Source: a virus. From it: a stretch of 64,000 bases of DNA. Positions 18,624-30,800 of the stretch are shown one piece after another. The notes below the pieces were generated by a model. The model was not told the origin of the DNA. It made no database searches and saw only the letters and a list, made by a program, of their open reading frames with translations. Position numbers and translations under genes: made by a program. Position 1 is the stretch's first letter. The number at the start of each line of letters is the position of its first letter. The DNA lies in IMG/VR virus record IMGVR_UViG_3300022719_000152, positions 74,639-138,638 of that record. The stretch is one strand, 5' to 3'.

Positions 18624-20149
18624 TCGTCACTAGCCATGAGGGCCTTGGCTCCACGGTACGCGCCGTAGCCAAGGCCCGCGCCAAGCGCCCCTCTCAGTGC
18701 CCAAGGCCCCGCCTGCAGCAATCTTTCAAACGCTTTTTGTCCCATAGTTCTGGGAGCCCGATAGCTGCCTACAGTCTTCAATGCCTTTGTGCTTCGTATG
18801 TGGTGAGGAAGAACATCTTTGCCATGCACCCCCGGAACCATACACACCGGGGAGGCCATACCCGGCAAGCTCGAGCAGATAGCTTTGCCTGCGCCGGGGG
18901 CCCCCCCTTGGAACAATTTCTGTAGACGCTTGGGCAAGAACGACTTTGCCCCTGCCTTACCTGCTTGGGTCTTATCGTACCGTGTAGCCCTGGCCTCTTC
19001 CCCGAAAACTTCTTCCAGAACGTCTTCGGCGTGCTCTCTGGACGCCAGATTTTTTAGGTATTCTTTGCGCTGAGCAGGAGTCTTGAACCGCCGAACGACG
19101 ACATCTTCCAGTTCATCCAAGTCGCCTACATACCCTGCAGCACCACCAACGCCTGGAGAGGAGTGAACAAACTCCACTGCTTTCCCTCTCTTGGGGATCT
19201 TGGTCGCAGTCTCAATGTGGTAGCCGTAAGGGTCGCCACCCAACAGTGCAATGGGTGACTTCCACTTGCCGCCCTTACCAGGGTGTGAGGTGAGAATGAT
19301 ATCACCGGGCTTCAGACTCTTCCGCAGCTTGGCGACACTCTGAAACTGTCTACCTATATCTGGCCTGACTCTCAAAGCTCCGGAGCCGATACCTTGAATG
19401 ATGGGAGCTGCTGCAGCGGCAGCGCCGATGGCAGCAGGCGCCACTTCCTTCACCTTGGCCTTCAAGTCTGACTTCTTGGGTACCGTAGCCGCCCCCTCCT
19501 TACCCAACTCAAATCCTCCGACGGCGAGCAGAGGAAGAGCTACCCCCGAACCAATACCTACCCTGGAAGCACGAGTCCTAGCTTGCTCCGCGGCCACTTG
19601 TCGCCGGCCTGACTTCATTCTGTTGAGCAGATTCAAGCGACCTTTTGAGGCACTAGGTAATTCAGAAACCCATGGGATCTCAGTAGTACCTCTGAGGGTA
19701 TCTCGGATGAATTCTTCAGTAGTGCCCATGTCCCCGGGGTTGTACTTGGCCTGAGTCTGCATGTACTTGTTGCGCATGGCGTGGGTGTGAGCCTTCTCAA
19801 CTGCCTCATCTACATTCCTACCCAGCGGTACTTTGACCAGGTCATCTACAGTGCCCTTGGCTCTCGTGGCGAAATTTTTCAAAGACTGTAGGTTGGGAGC
19901 GGCTTGCTTGAACTGCACTGGCTGGCTGGGCTGAACCGGGTTCGGACCCTCACTCTGGGCTAGAGGATGAGTCGCGGCAGCAGAGCCTATAGTGGTAGCT
20001 CTACCGCCCAGCCCCTTGAGCTTGGGCAGCAGCCTGCCCGCATTGTGAGCGCCGAATCGCTGACCAGCTCGAAGAACACCTTCGATCAAAGAGGCGCCCT
20101 TGGTGAGAGCTTCGACCTCTTCCAGAAATGCGACTTCTTCTTTAGCCAT
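18620..20149 (-). CDS. Virion polyprotein with permuted papain-like (YiiX/NlpC-P60) domain
   Basis: LKPGDIILTS...H...VVVRR...YD...ICSSL...VLPHHI; flanked by KGA/KQA/KEG sites and Gly-rich hydrophobic segments. Confidence 0.6.
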   Translation of the reverse strand: MAKEEVAFLEEVEALTKGASLIEGVLRAGQRFGAHNAGRLLPKLKGLGGRATTIGSAAATHPLAQSEGPNPVQPSQPVQFKQAAPNLQSLKNFATRAKGTVDDLVKVPLGRNVDEAVEKAHTHAMRNKYMQTQAKYNPGDMGTTEEFIRDTLRGTTEIPWVSELPSASKGRLNLLNRMKSGRRQVAAEQARTRASRVGIGSGVALPLLAVGGFELGKEGAATVPKKSDLKAKVKEVAPAAIGAAAAAAPIIQGIGSGALRVRPDIGRQFQSVAKLRKSLKPGDIILTSHPGKGGKWKSPIALLGGDPYGYHIETATKIPKRGKAVEFVHSSPGVGGAAGYVGDLDELEDVVVRRFKTPAQRKEYLKNLASREHAEDVLEEVFGEEARATRYDKTQAGKAGAKSFLPKRLQKLFQGGAPGAGKAICSSLPGMASPVCMVPGVHGKDVLPHHIRSTKALKTVGSYRAPRTMGQKAFERLLQAGPWALRGALGAGLGYGAYRGAKALMASDD

Positions 20150-20158
20150 GAACTGTCC

Positions 20159-20725
20159 TTAGTTGGCCGATACCTCATCCAGCAGCTTGTCGAGCGCTTC
20201 GCAGAACTTGTCCACGAACTTGGGCACGCCCTCTGCCTTGGCGTTCTCGGCAGCTCCATGGAACTGGATTGCGAAGGCTCCGGTGTCTACTTCGACCGGG
20301 TCTTCAGAAGCAATCTCCTCGTCGGTCATATCTGCTGCGTACTTCAGGATGTGAGCGGTATCGACAGCAACCGTACCCATCCACATCTCCTCTGCGGCCT
20401 TCTCGATTAGCTCCACCGTGTTTTCAGGGAACTTGGCCCAGGTGCACTCCACCTCGAAGCGACCTGGAATGTACTTGGCATCGAGGCCCTCACCGCGGGT
20501 CTCACTCGGGTAGTAGCGGTCTTCTACTCCGCCGCGAGGGAACACATGTACCAAGACCGTATCCTCGCGGAGTTCGTACTCAGCGAAATGGGTTCCAAAC
20601 TCGTCGTTCACAGCCTTGTTCAGAACTTGGACGGGGGCTCCCCCCTCTTTGGCTCCCTTGAAGGCTTCCGCCATCTGCTCTTTTGCTTCTTCTGCCCATG
20701 CGGGCACTGGCATTCCGTTGTTCAT
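20159..20725 (-). CDS. Hypothetical acidic protein
   Basis: 188 aa, GGAG SD, ATGA coupling. Confidence 0.65.
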   Translation of the reverse strand: MNNGMPVPAWAEEAKEQMAEAFKGAKEGGAPVQVLNKAVNDEFGTHFAEYELREDTVLVHVFPRGGVEDRYYPSETRGEGLDAKYIPGRFEVECTWAKFPENTVELIEKAAEEMWMGTVAVDTAHILKYAADMTDEEIASEDPVEVDTGAFAIQFHGAAENAKAEGVPKFVDKFCEALDKLLDEVSAN

Positions 20726-21654
20726 TGTAGGTCTCCCTTAGGTGGTGTTGGTTCTTCTCCGACTGAATCGATGTCGTAGTCCTTTCCATCTCCGCTGTGG
20801 CTGCCAACCTTACTTACCAGCTCGTCGAAGGTACTGACATCCGCAGGCTCATGCTTCATGAGTACAGAGCGGAACTCACGCAACTGCTCTTGCAATCCTT
20901 CACCCTCTTGGAAGATTGCATTGTAGAGTGTGAGCATTCGAGCAGACATCTTCGACACCATATCGATGCTCGACTTGTTGTCCCCCATGTAGCGAAGTGC
21001 TTGCACTCGAAAGTGAATCTGCTTGAAGGCATCCTTCAGAGCCGTCTTACCGTTGACGATAGGACTGAACCCAGCACGGTACATGGCCTGCTGTTCTCCA
21101 CAATACAACGAAGCGATGAGATCGTCATAGTGGGTGGTACCCCTCAAGAGATATTCCCAATGTTCATGAGAGCAGATACCGACATTCCAGAAGTAGTGGT
21201 AATAGTGATCGATGACGTCTTCGGTCAGCGACGGGTGCATCTGGTACTTCGTATTTAGCTTATCCGCGATAATCGTGTGAGGAAGCCCACCCATCAGAAG
21301 AATATGAAGGTCCTTCTTCAGGAGGCTGTGCCCTTGCACAATCATGGTCATAACCTTCTTCATGATCGGCTCTGGCTTCCACAACGTGTAGATCTTCTCC
21401 TGTTTCATGAACTGAACAGAAGGCTTGTGGTTCTTGACGTCGAACTTGAACGTCTTAGGTGGCCTCACCTGCATACGAAGGTATTTGTAGAGTTGGTCGC
21501 CGACGGCAGGGAGCCCAATGAGCCGTAGAGAGACTGACAAAGACTCCGCTGATGTTAGGGGCTCCCTATCCTCGGCCTCATCCTCCAGAACATCCGGCTC
21601 CTCATCCCACGCCTGAGCAAGGAGGTATTTGAGATAGTAGTAGCTTGGGTGCAT
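20722..21654 (-). CDS. Hypothetical protein in virion module
   Basis: 310 aa ORF, operonic. Confidence 0.65.
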   Translation of the reverse strand: MHPSYYYLKYLLAQAWDEEPDVLEDEAEDREPLTSAESLSVSLRLIGLPAVGDQLYKYLRMQVRPPKTFKFDVKNHKPSVQFMKQEKIYTLWKPEPIMKKVMTMIVQGHSLLKKDLHILLMGGLPHTIIADKLNTKYQMHPSLTEDVIDHYYHYFWNVGICSHEHWEYLLRGTTHYDDLIASLYCGEQQAMYRAGFSPIVNGKTALKDAFKQIHFRVQALRYMGDNKSSIDMVSKMSARMLTLYNAIFQEGEGLQEQLREFRSVLMKHEPADVSTFDELVSKVGSHSGDGKDYDIDSVGEEPTPPKGDLQ

Positions 21655-21658
21655 AGCT

Positions 21659-23665
21659 TTACTGGTTGTAGCTCAGCTCTTTCTGCTGCAGTGTCTTGAG
21701 CCCTTCTATGACGTCGTCCAACGACTTGAGCATACGCTCAACCGCTACCTCAGGCACCTCCTCCAATCCAATCCTCACTGCGAACAGGAGCTCTGCGATC
21801 TTGGAGGCGCAGTCTTCTAGGGATGGGATCATGTCCACGAACACAGAAACGTTCTCTACATTTAGGAAGCCCAAGCCCAAAATCTTGTCAGCGGTGAGAG
21901 CATCGCTAAGAATGGATGCTTCTTTGGCCAAGAAGTAGGCTCGAATGGGCCGGTCGAGCTCGGACAGATCCTTCTTCACGAGCTCTCGTGAGGAAGCTGC
22001 CTTCTCCTGAACCGTGGCGATTGGCCGTGCCCCCTCAACGACCTGTGCCTCTAGCCCCTTCTTGGCTTCATCAAGGGCGCGTTTGACAAAGTGTGGGTTC
22101 ATGCCCAAGGCCACTCCCAGAAACTCGGCTTGGGCCCGCTTGACGAACTTGGTCTCGTCCTCTGGGATGTTCGCTACTGCGGGCCCCCGAAAGGAATAGA
22201 GACCCATGGGGTCTCCAATGATTTCGACTCTGCTGGCAAATTTGCGCTTAGCTGTCTTGGCAAACAGGAGTGGCGCTGACACTAGCTCAGTCTTACCACG
22301 CAGGGGCATCCATTTGACCTGGCCAGGAACGACGTACTCTCCTTCCCCAATCTGCTGGATGGTCTTGAGGCCCTCAGCGAAGCTGAAGGACACCTGCTCA
22401 CCCAGCTCATCAGAGCCCATGTACCGGACGGACCCATCAGGGCCCCGAGCGGTGGAGGTGATGGTCATGGGCACGAATGCCTTCGCGGTACCATGATCGA
22501 TGAAGTAGAGACACCCCATACCTTGGGGGATCCCTGTAGGCAGGTCAGTGCTCTTGCCGGCGAGCTCGCCGGCGACGTGCTCCTGTAAGGCGTAGTTCGA
22601 CCCGTTGGTGAACAGCGACAAGGGTAGAGGTTCCATGGACAGGGTCAGGAGATTGGGGAATACCCACCCGATCATGGTGTGACCCGTAGACTCCTGCACC
22701 TTCCAGAGACCAAAGCTGTCGGCGACCTTGGTCTCCTCTGCCTCCATCGTCTCTTTGATGGCAGCGTCGGGACTGGCAGTGATGGTGCCGTCAGCCTCCA
22801 TCTGGGCAACCAGATCCTGGTCACCCAGCATCTCTTCCGCCATGGACGGAGGGACCTCGTCCTCCTCTGGGTAGTACATGTCAGTGTTGGCCCACTTCAC
22901 CTTGACGTTGCCATTGGCGAGCTTGGTGAGCTGCACGACGTTGGGACGAATCGAGCGGCGCACCACCTCTGCGGTCTTACTGAGCTCAATGGGTTCCAGC
23001 CCCAGCGCCGACTCGTAGGCTGCCTCAAGCCCTGCGTTGGAGTACATCATTGGAGCCAGAGAGGGCATGAACTCCCGCATGTCCGCAGCCAGTTTCTCCT
23101 TGTGCTCTTGGAGCACTCGGCCATTGAGTTGCGGTAGGAGAGGAATCTGCTTGAGCTCGGAACCCAGCTTCACACCTCCGGAGCCGAACCCTCCGTAACC
23201 GGCACGAATAGGGGGCTGTAGATCGTGGACGAGGGAGGGATCGTAGGGTCGAGTACGTGCAGCATCGAAGATCTCGGGACGGAAAAGAGCTTCACGAATG
23301 CGTCGCTCCGAGAGAGGCTGGAACTCCTTTCCCACCATGAAGACGTCGAATGGTTGAAGCATGCTCTCTTTGACCAAGACAGGAACGTGAACCTTGTCCA
23401 GGCTGGAAACCTCCTGCTCTTCCATCGTCATTGCAGACCGAGGCCGTACTTCAACAGAGCCAAAGGCAAAGCCTCTCTCCTCATCCATCTTGTCGAGGAT
23501 GACATTGGCCTCATACTCACTCATGAAAGGAAGCTGCTTGTAGATTTCCTGAGTGATCTCTTGAGGCCAAGTATCTATGTTGTCACTCAGCTTGGTGAGC
23601 ATACCGGCGGCCTTCTCAAACTGAAGGGTCGGGGACTCGTCTAGGAACAGAGGTTCTTGCATCAT
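21659..23665 (-). CDS. Putative structural protein with KxA motifs
   Basis: 668 aa, AGGAG SD; EKAAG, SKTAE, TKLAN, TKVAD, AKTAK, AKEAS. Confidence 0.65.
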   Translation of the reverse strand: MMQEPLFLDESPTLQFEKAAGMLTKLSDNIDTWPQEITQEIYKQLPFMSEYEANVILDKMDEERGFAFGSVEVRPRSAMTMEEQEVSSLDKVHVPVLVKESMLQPFDVFMVGKEFQPLSERRIREALFRPEIFDAARTRPYDPSLVHDLQPPIRAGYGGFGSGGVKLGSELKQIPLLPQLNGRVLQEHKEKLAADMREFMPSLAPMMYSNAGLEAAYESALGLEPIELSKTAEVVRRSIRPNVVQLTKLANGNVKVKWANTDMYYPEEDEVPPSMAEEMLGDQDLVAQMEADGTITASPDAAIKETMEAEETKVADSFGLWKVQESTGHTMIGWVFPNLLTLSMEPLPLSLFTNGSNYALQEHVAGELAGKSTDLPTGIPQGMGCLYFIDHGTAKAFVPMTITSTARGPDGSVRYMGSDELGEQVSFSFAEGLKTIQQIGEGEYVVPGQVKWMPLRGKTELVSAPLLFAKTAKRKFASRVEIIGDPMGLYSFRGPAVANIPEDETKFVKRAQAEFLGVALGMNPHFVKRALDEAKKGLEAQVVEGARPIATVQEKAASSRELVKKDLSELDRPIRAYFLAKEASILSDALTADKILGLGFLNVENVSVFVDMIPSLEDCASKIAELLFAVRIGLEEVPEVAVERMLKSLDDVIEGLKTLQQKELSYNQ

Positions 23666-23672
23666 GCTCTCC

Positions 23673-24815
23673 TTACTTCGTGAACGACACGCTCGACAAT
23701 ATCGTAGACACCTTTTGCTTCAACACGGCTGCTGTGGGAGCCAACTTCGACCCGGTCTGTGGGTCCACAATAGCGTCTATTACCGTGATGATTTCCTTTA
23801 GCAAAGTGGCCAGATCGTTTCCCTTGGGAATAGGCTGGTTGGCTCCATTGCCAAGGTTGATTTTGGGTGAGTCTACTGTGGCTTGGGTGGCCGCTTTGAT
23901 CAGGGCATTCTTGCCGGCTTCTGCAGTCCAATCCCCCTGGGTGGCCTTCACGCTGACGTTTTGGTCGGCTTGGACGCTGTGGTTCCCCTTCTCGGCCACC
24001 TGGGAGATATCCCCCTCTTTGGCCGTATGGGTGATGCTGTCTTTGGCTGTCAGCGACCACGATTTCTCCAGGTTCCAGTTGACGTCGCCCTCGTTGGTGA
24101 CACTCATCTGAACCTTGACCGGAGCCCCATCCTCACTGGACTCGTTGATTTTCAACTCCAGTTTAGTGGGTTCACCATCCCCGTGGGAACCAATAGTCAG
24201 CTCAGCCACATGGGCTGGCTGATTGGCGACATCCTTGGCCTTGAGGGTGAGTTTGGTCGGGGAGGCCCCATCTGTAGTCTGATCGTCACGGTCTGTTGAC
24301 CAAGTTAGCTCCCCACCAAAGGTGAAAAGCTCCCAGTTCTCACAGAAGTTGCGGATCATATTGCGGATGGGAACATAGACAGTTTGGGCTATAGGGCCAG
24401 CCCCAATCTGAACCACCCCTCCTCGCCGAAGGATGACAAAGTTCTCGTCCCGGGTCCGCATCATCATGTCGCCGGGGTTGAGGTTGAGCCTGCCGGCGCG
24501 GAAACTGCCTCCCTCGAGCTGCTCATCGAAGGGGGCCTGGTACCCCAAGAGGAACGGAGCCGAGAACCTTCCAGAGCTTGGCCAGCACAACCAAGCCAAG
24601 GCGCCCACCTCCGGTACCGCATAGAAGCCTTCACCATTGGCAAAGTGAAAGTAGGGGTTCATCACTTGGATGTCGAAGAACCTCTTGTTGGCATACTCAC
24701 TGATGGCATCCACTGACCAGCCGTCAATATTCACATTGACGATGCGCACAGTCTCAACGTAGGCGGGGACGTACTCCCCTTCCATGACGCTGAATGGAGG
24801 TTGACCATGAGGCAT
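23673..24815 (-). CDS. Baseplate spike/gp5-VgrG-like protein
   Basis: Start revised to ATG 24815 (TAATG overlap with RNAP stop); GFYAVPEVG OB-fold motif, beta-repeat stretch, INLG..A..PI.KG C-terminus. Confidence 0.7.
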   Translation of the reverse strand: MPHGQPPFSVMEGEYVPAYVETVRIVNVNIDGWSVDAISEYANKRFFDIQVMNPYFHFANGEGFYAVPEVGALAWLCWPSSGRFSAPFLLGYQAPFDEQLEGGSFRAGRLNLNPGDMMMRTRDENFVILRRGGVVQIGAGPIAQTVYVPIRNMIRNFCENWELFTFGGELTWSTDRDDQTTDGASPTKLTLKAKDVANQPAHVAELTIGSHGDGEPTKLELKINESSEDGAPVKVQMSVTNEGDVNWNLEKSWSLTAKDSITHTAKEGDISQVAEKGNHSVQADQNVSVKATQGDWTAEAGKNALIKAATQATVDSPKINLGNGANQPIPKGNDLATLLKEIITVIDAIVDPQTGSKLAPTAAVLKQKVSTILSSVSFTK

Positions 24816-27800
24816 TAGTAAAGCCAGGGAGCTTCTTCGGTGCCTTTGCCGAATTCTTTGCCGTAAGCCATACCAGGTACGGGGTTGGTGCTGTGGAGCG
24901 CAGACCTCCAACCCTCCGCTGCAGCGTCAATGAGAGTACCCTTGAGCTTCTGGCTCTGCAGGCGAGCGATCCAGTCGGTCTGGAGCTCAAGTGGAAGTTG
25001 GTTCACCCCCTTGAGCATGGGTCGATAGACCACAGACTTCTTGCCCTTGGGGAGATTGCGGTTGAACTTGTTGATCTCGGAGGTGGGCATTCGATCACCG
25101 CGGATGACATCCTCGTGATCCCCAGGGTCTAGTACCTCACTGAGGTTGGTCATGGCTCGGACGAAGGTCTCTGTGTTGCGCCGGCGAATGGGGGCTACCG
25201 ACTCATACGTCCCCTGAATCTCGTCAGTCAGATACCGCTGCACGGAGTTAATGTTGGTGAGAGGGAGCATCTCCATTGGGTTCTTGGGGCCACTGGAGAT
25301 AGCATCCCCGCGCCTGACCAGGTCACCTTTTTTTACCTTGAGCTTACGGCTCCCGGGGACGTAGTGGCGCTGCCCATGGATGTAAACACTCCAGCCACCA
25401 GCCTCGTCCTTCTTGACCTGCTCAATCTTTCCCTCTGCCTGAGCCAGAGTAGCTGAACCAGGTAGTTTCTTCGGAACATTGAGGAGCTGCTCCAACCTGG
25501 TGAAGACGTTAATAGCATCAGTACCTTTGGCGCCCACTACACCTCCGGTGTTGTGACTGAGCAATCCGCCAACATAAAGCGTACCTGACTCAGTAGTTAG
25601 GTCGTAGACATAAGGCTCATCGTACAAGATCTCCCGGTTCAGAGTGAGGAGAACATGCTTTTCAATTGAAGGCGGCCCTGAGGTAAGAGATTTCTTCTCA
25701 ATCTGAGTCACTTTGATTGAATCTTCCAAAAGCGCACAAGCCAAAGGAGTCATACGCAATCGGACTTTGAAGCCTTGCTTCCTGGTTATCTCTCCGATGG
25801 TAGTAGCAACAATAGAGGAATCGATACCAAGCCTGATCGCTACAAAAGCAACTTGCTGTGCTAATTCAAAACTGGTGGTATCAATCCCAATAGTATCTGG
25901 GCCATCTTTGTGGCGCTCCACTGTCCCATCACCATCAATGATCCCAGCCAGACATCTTCTTAACCAATCCAAATCAAACTGGATGAATCTCGGGGGCAGA
26001 GATTTCTTGTGAGCATAACGCCCAAAAAGGGAATGGAATTTCGCCCCCAACGCAAGACTGTTTACAATGACTCTCTTTGTATAGACCCTAGGGCCGTGCC
26101 CACTAGCTTCTAGAGCAAGTACCAGCTTGTCTTTAATAGGTCCGTCGTTCTGAGCAAAATCTAGAGCATAAGGTTTCTTTTCCTGCATTCGAGCGTGCGA
26201 TCTCTTGAAAGTCACGCATCCTTCAGCCAGGAACATCCCCACTACCCAAGGGTCTTCTCCTATGTATTTCTCAGCAATATCGTTTGTACACTCATGAGAA
26301 ATTACCGGTTTGAGGTTCTTGTGTAAGAAGAATCTCTTAGGGTCCAACTCTGTCGGGGGCAAATATCCTACTTGTCCCACAGGCTTTCGCTCCTGAAACC
26401 GTTGAGCCTTTTTACATGATGGACAAACGGCCCTAGTGCCATTCTTCTTCAACCTATGATAACCGCAAGACTCACACTGCACTGCATTCTGCCACACCGC
26501 TACAGGGTGATTGTCTTGACAAATGGTGACCAAGCCGCCACCGCTAAGCATTCTCATGGGCCTAGAAGGTGCATGCCTACGAACATGAGTTACAGGCACC
26601 CACCCTTCTTTAGATAGAGTTTCTATGTTCGCGCCGCTCAAGTCTTTGATTTCTTCGTCACCTTCAACTTCAACATCCACCTGCATGGATTCAAAAAAGT
26701 CCTCCATGGTGACGGCGTAGGGCTCGCCCTCTAATCTTCGGACAAAGACTAAGCTGTCTGAGTGGTTACAGTGGAAAGCGTTCATTGAAAGCTGAGTAGC
26801 TGGTTCCCCCAAAGCATGGGCGGCCATAACGCCTACGTTGGTGCCCGGGTTGTGAATCTCACCATTCTCGTTGAGACCATAGCACTTCCCACACATACCG
26901 TCGCCGTGCTCGCACTTCAAAGGAGAGCGCACGCGCACCTCGGAGACCTTGTTGTTTCTGAGTCGATTGACGACATCCGGGGTAATGAGAGTGCCAGCCG
27001 GGATTGTACCCTTTTCCTTTCCACCCTTGGTCCCTAGCTTGATTGCCCGAGAGGTGTAGCGGTCAAGGATGTCCCGATTATCCACCGGCAGGATAATGCC
27101 TTTCGACGTGCCGCAGTCTTCGTCTACCACCATCTGGTTCATCGTAGTTTGGATGAGTTGCTTGGACATGAGGCCCGGTCGCCATGTACCTTCGACGCGC
27201 CCAATGGTGCCCATACGGGCACCGTGCATAGAAGCCCAATAGGAACCGATATCCAGCCCTTCAGAGTAACTCTTGTTGATAGGTACCGGTACCGGCTTAC
27301 CGCTGGAGTCTGCCACCAATACGGGGGCCAGGGTCATCTGCTTGAAGTTGTCCCACTTACCTCTGGCTCCTGACTTGATCCAATCGTACATCCTATTGTC
27401 AGTCTTCTTGTCCATTCGCTTCTTGCCCTCTTTGTCGAGGGTGGCAGAGACCTTGGAGTAGAGGTTCACAATCTTCTCGGCTTTTTTGTCAGAAGACGCA
27501 CGAGAGTTTCGTATCTTGGTCTCCTCCTTTGCCGCTGCAGCCATGAGAGAGTCACGAAACCGTGAGTCCGACTCAAAATCTTTGAGACTGATGGATAGTC
27601 CCGTAGAATGCTCATTACCAATGTCCTTGAGGCGATCGGCTGCCCAACCAAAGTCACCCGTGCTGTCCTTAGCAATGCGGGTCAAGAGATCGTTCAAGCT
27701 CTTTTTGTTTAGATTGAACGCTGGGTCATAGAGAATTCTCTCGTCTCGCACCTTTTCTGGTAGCGAGTGGTAGACCATCAATCGACCCATCGTTGTCTTG

Positions 27801-30800
27801 TTCTTCTTGGGCGCGCCTTCCTTCAGCAGAGACAATGGGTCCTTGTTGATGTCAGACAGGTCGATGACCTCATTGAGGTCGATCTCTTTGTTCTTCGTGG
27901 CCTTCACTGCGTCTAAGAGATTGTCGAATTTCTTCCCTTTGTCTTTACCCATTTCGGTAAGCTTGTAGAGACCGAGCATAGCCTCCTGCTCTGGCTTGAA
28001 CATGAGTGAGCCGGTAGAGGGGCTAAAAAGGTTATGCGACGGGACCATCTTGGAGGCTTCGCGCACCGCCGAGGGGCTTACTGGGACGAAGGCAGCCATC
28101 TTGTCACCATCGAAGTCAGCGTTGTACCCAGACGTAGCCAATGGATGGATCTTGATGGCCTTCCCGTCAGTTAGGCGCGGCTTGAACGCTTGGACTCCAA
28201 ACTTGTGCAGAACTGGGTCACGTTTCAGCAGTAGAGGCCTCTCATTCACAACCTTCTCTAGGTGCTTATCGGAAGCGATAGTGCTTTCCTTCACTTCCTT
28301 CTGGGCCTGTAGGGGTCGGTACCCTGAACGCACCATGCTCTGTACGACGAAAGGCTTGTAGAGTTCACGAGCTGCTTTATGAGGTATGCCCACCTCGTCG
28401 AGGGAGAGCGACGGCTCTGGAACAATAGTGCTGCGCATGGAGAGGTCTTGCCGACGACCAATTATCTTGCTCTGGAAGAATCCTTCCTTGGGGCTGGCAC
28501 CTGCGATGAGACCGGCGATTCCCTTGAGCTGCTTACCGTGGGAGGTGACTCCAGACATGGTCAGCGACTTGAGTCCGTCGTACATCGTGGACTCCAGCTT
28601 CGTCTTCTCCTCCGGAGGAAGGGCAGGATCGAACGTTTTGATTTGGTCGTTGGTCGCGCCCACCAACTGATAGATGCGGTTGAGGTCGTCGAGGTTCAAC
28701 TGGCCATCATCACGCACCATCACCGGCCGCATGGTCGGAGGCAGCACCGGCAAGTGTCGCATGGTGTACGCCTCGGTGGGCTTCATGCCGGCACGCTTGA
28801 GGGCGTTCAGGTACTTGAGTTTCTTGTTGGCGTCGTTCAGCTTGTTCGTTCGTAGCTTAGGTATCTCGGCCTGGATATTCTTCATCTCTCCATCGATATC
28901 GATTTGCTTCAGCTTGGAGATGATGGCTTCCGGGCCGGTCTTACCGTCCAACTCCTCTTTGCCATTGATGATTGCAGAGAACTGCTTCTTCTTCAGACCC
29001 AACAGAGATTGGACAGGAGTCTCAAACACGGGGTTTGGCATTCGAGATTCGAGCTTGATGTGCGACCACTTGCCGCCGAGATGACCCTCGGGCCACTTGG
29101 TCCCCGTAACATCCGGGTCAAAGATACCGCCCTTCTCTGGCTTGAGCTTACTACCTTGCAGAGCTCGAGAGGGCCGCTTGAGCTCGCCGTTGGACATGGC
29201 CAAGGTCTTCTTGTCCGTAAGCGGGGCCAAGAAGAGGTCGTTACCGTCCTTCTGAACGTCTAGACCCATGCCCTTGAGGTACCCCTCAAATTTCTTCCAC
29301 ACGAATGGGATCTTTGGGGTGGGTATTGAGGAGCCGGACTGAAGCTGCACCCAGAACTCATCGTTTTTATCCGATTTATAGCTTTGCATCTCACGAACAT
29401 TCTCTCGAGCATTGTGAGCAAGCATAGCGTAGAGACCCATAGCGTCCATCGTCTGAGCACCGTGAGGGCCTCCCTTCCTAGGGGCCATGTTGGAATCGTA
29501 GGCGTGACGAGAACGAACAGAGAGGCCCTTCTCAGCAGTGTGATGAAGTTTGTAGATATACTGATCTCCAGTCAGTACCTTACCCAAAGACTTATTGGTG
29601 TTCGGGTCAAACAGCTCCTCTGTGTCACTGATACCTGCCTTCTTCAACTCGTCTTGAAGATCACGGGTGTAGTCCTTCTTAGAGGGGTCGAAGTTGTTGA
29701 CGACGTAGGGCTTACCCTTCTTATCGGAAATCTTGGATGCTGCTGTCTCAAGAACCTGCCCCAGATTGATACGAGTGGGGACTCCAGTTGGGTTGAGTAG
29801 CACCTGGACTGCATTTCCATCCTTGTCCTTAGGCATCTCATGGTCAGGGAGAATGTTGGTGATGATACCTTTGTTGCCGTGCCGGCCAACAATTTTGTCT
29901 CCTATATCCGCAGGAGCATCGGCCTTGATGTACACGGTGGTCTTCTTGCCATGCTTGACGACGCGGGTGACGGTACCGGGAGCGTCCTTCTCCCACCGAG
30001 TATCCCGGGCGCGCATGGGATTGAGACGCTTCTTTGAGAACAGGCCCAGCATCTGTTGCTCTGGAGTGACGAGCTCCTTGCGCAGAGCTCCTATGATGAC
30101 GTCGCCAGGCTCTACACGCTGGCCCTCCATGATTACTGCGTTGTCATCAAGCTTATCTGCTTGCTCTCTGGTGACCTGGCCCGCTGTCTGGGCGAGGAAC
30201 TTCTTCTTGTTGAGGACGGTATTCTTGTCAGCTTGCACGTTGTTGCGAAACATATGCTCAGACGTGAGCTTCTTCGCTGCCGAATCGGAGATGACGATGC
30301 CATCCTCGAAGTTGTACCCCTGATAAGGCATGTAGGCGACCCGGAGGTTGGTGCCCAGGGCCAGCGTACCATCCTTGGTGAAGTTGGTGTCCGCAACCGG
30401 CTGGCCGGCTTTGACCTGGTCACCTTTTTTGACGATAGGAGTTGAATTGATGACACTCTTGTCATCATTCAGTGGGAAGTCGTCGTAGAGTTGTACCTCA
30501 TGTCGTTTCCCATCGTCTCCGCGGATGACCACACCATCTTTCTTGATCTTCTCTACCTTGCCAGCGACAGGAGACATGTGTGAAACGAATGAGCCGACGA
30601 GCTGCTCCCAAGTGGCTGGGGTATCAGAGCGGACCTGGACCTTAGGCTGCTCTCTGTCCTTGAGAGCGACGGCTTGCTCAATCTGCTTGGCGGCCACCAT
30701 GGTTCGATTGCCCTGGTTGTTCTGCAAGAAGGGGATCATGTTGGCGCTGAGGTCAAACATGCCCTTGGAGGACTTCAGAACGTAGTCCACGTCAGAGGGC

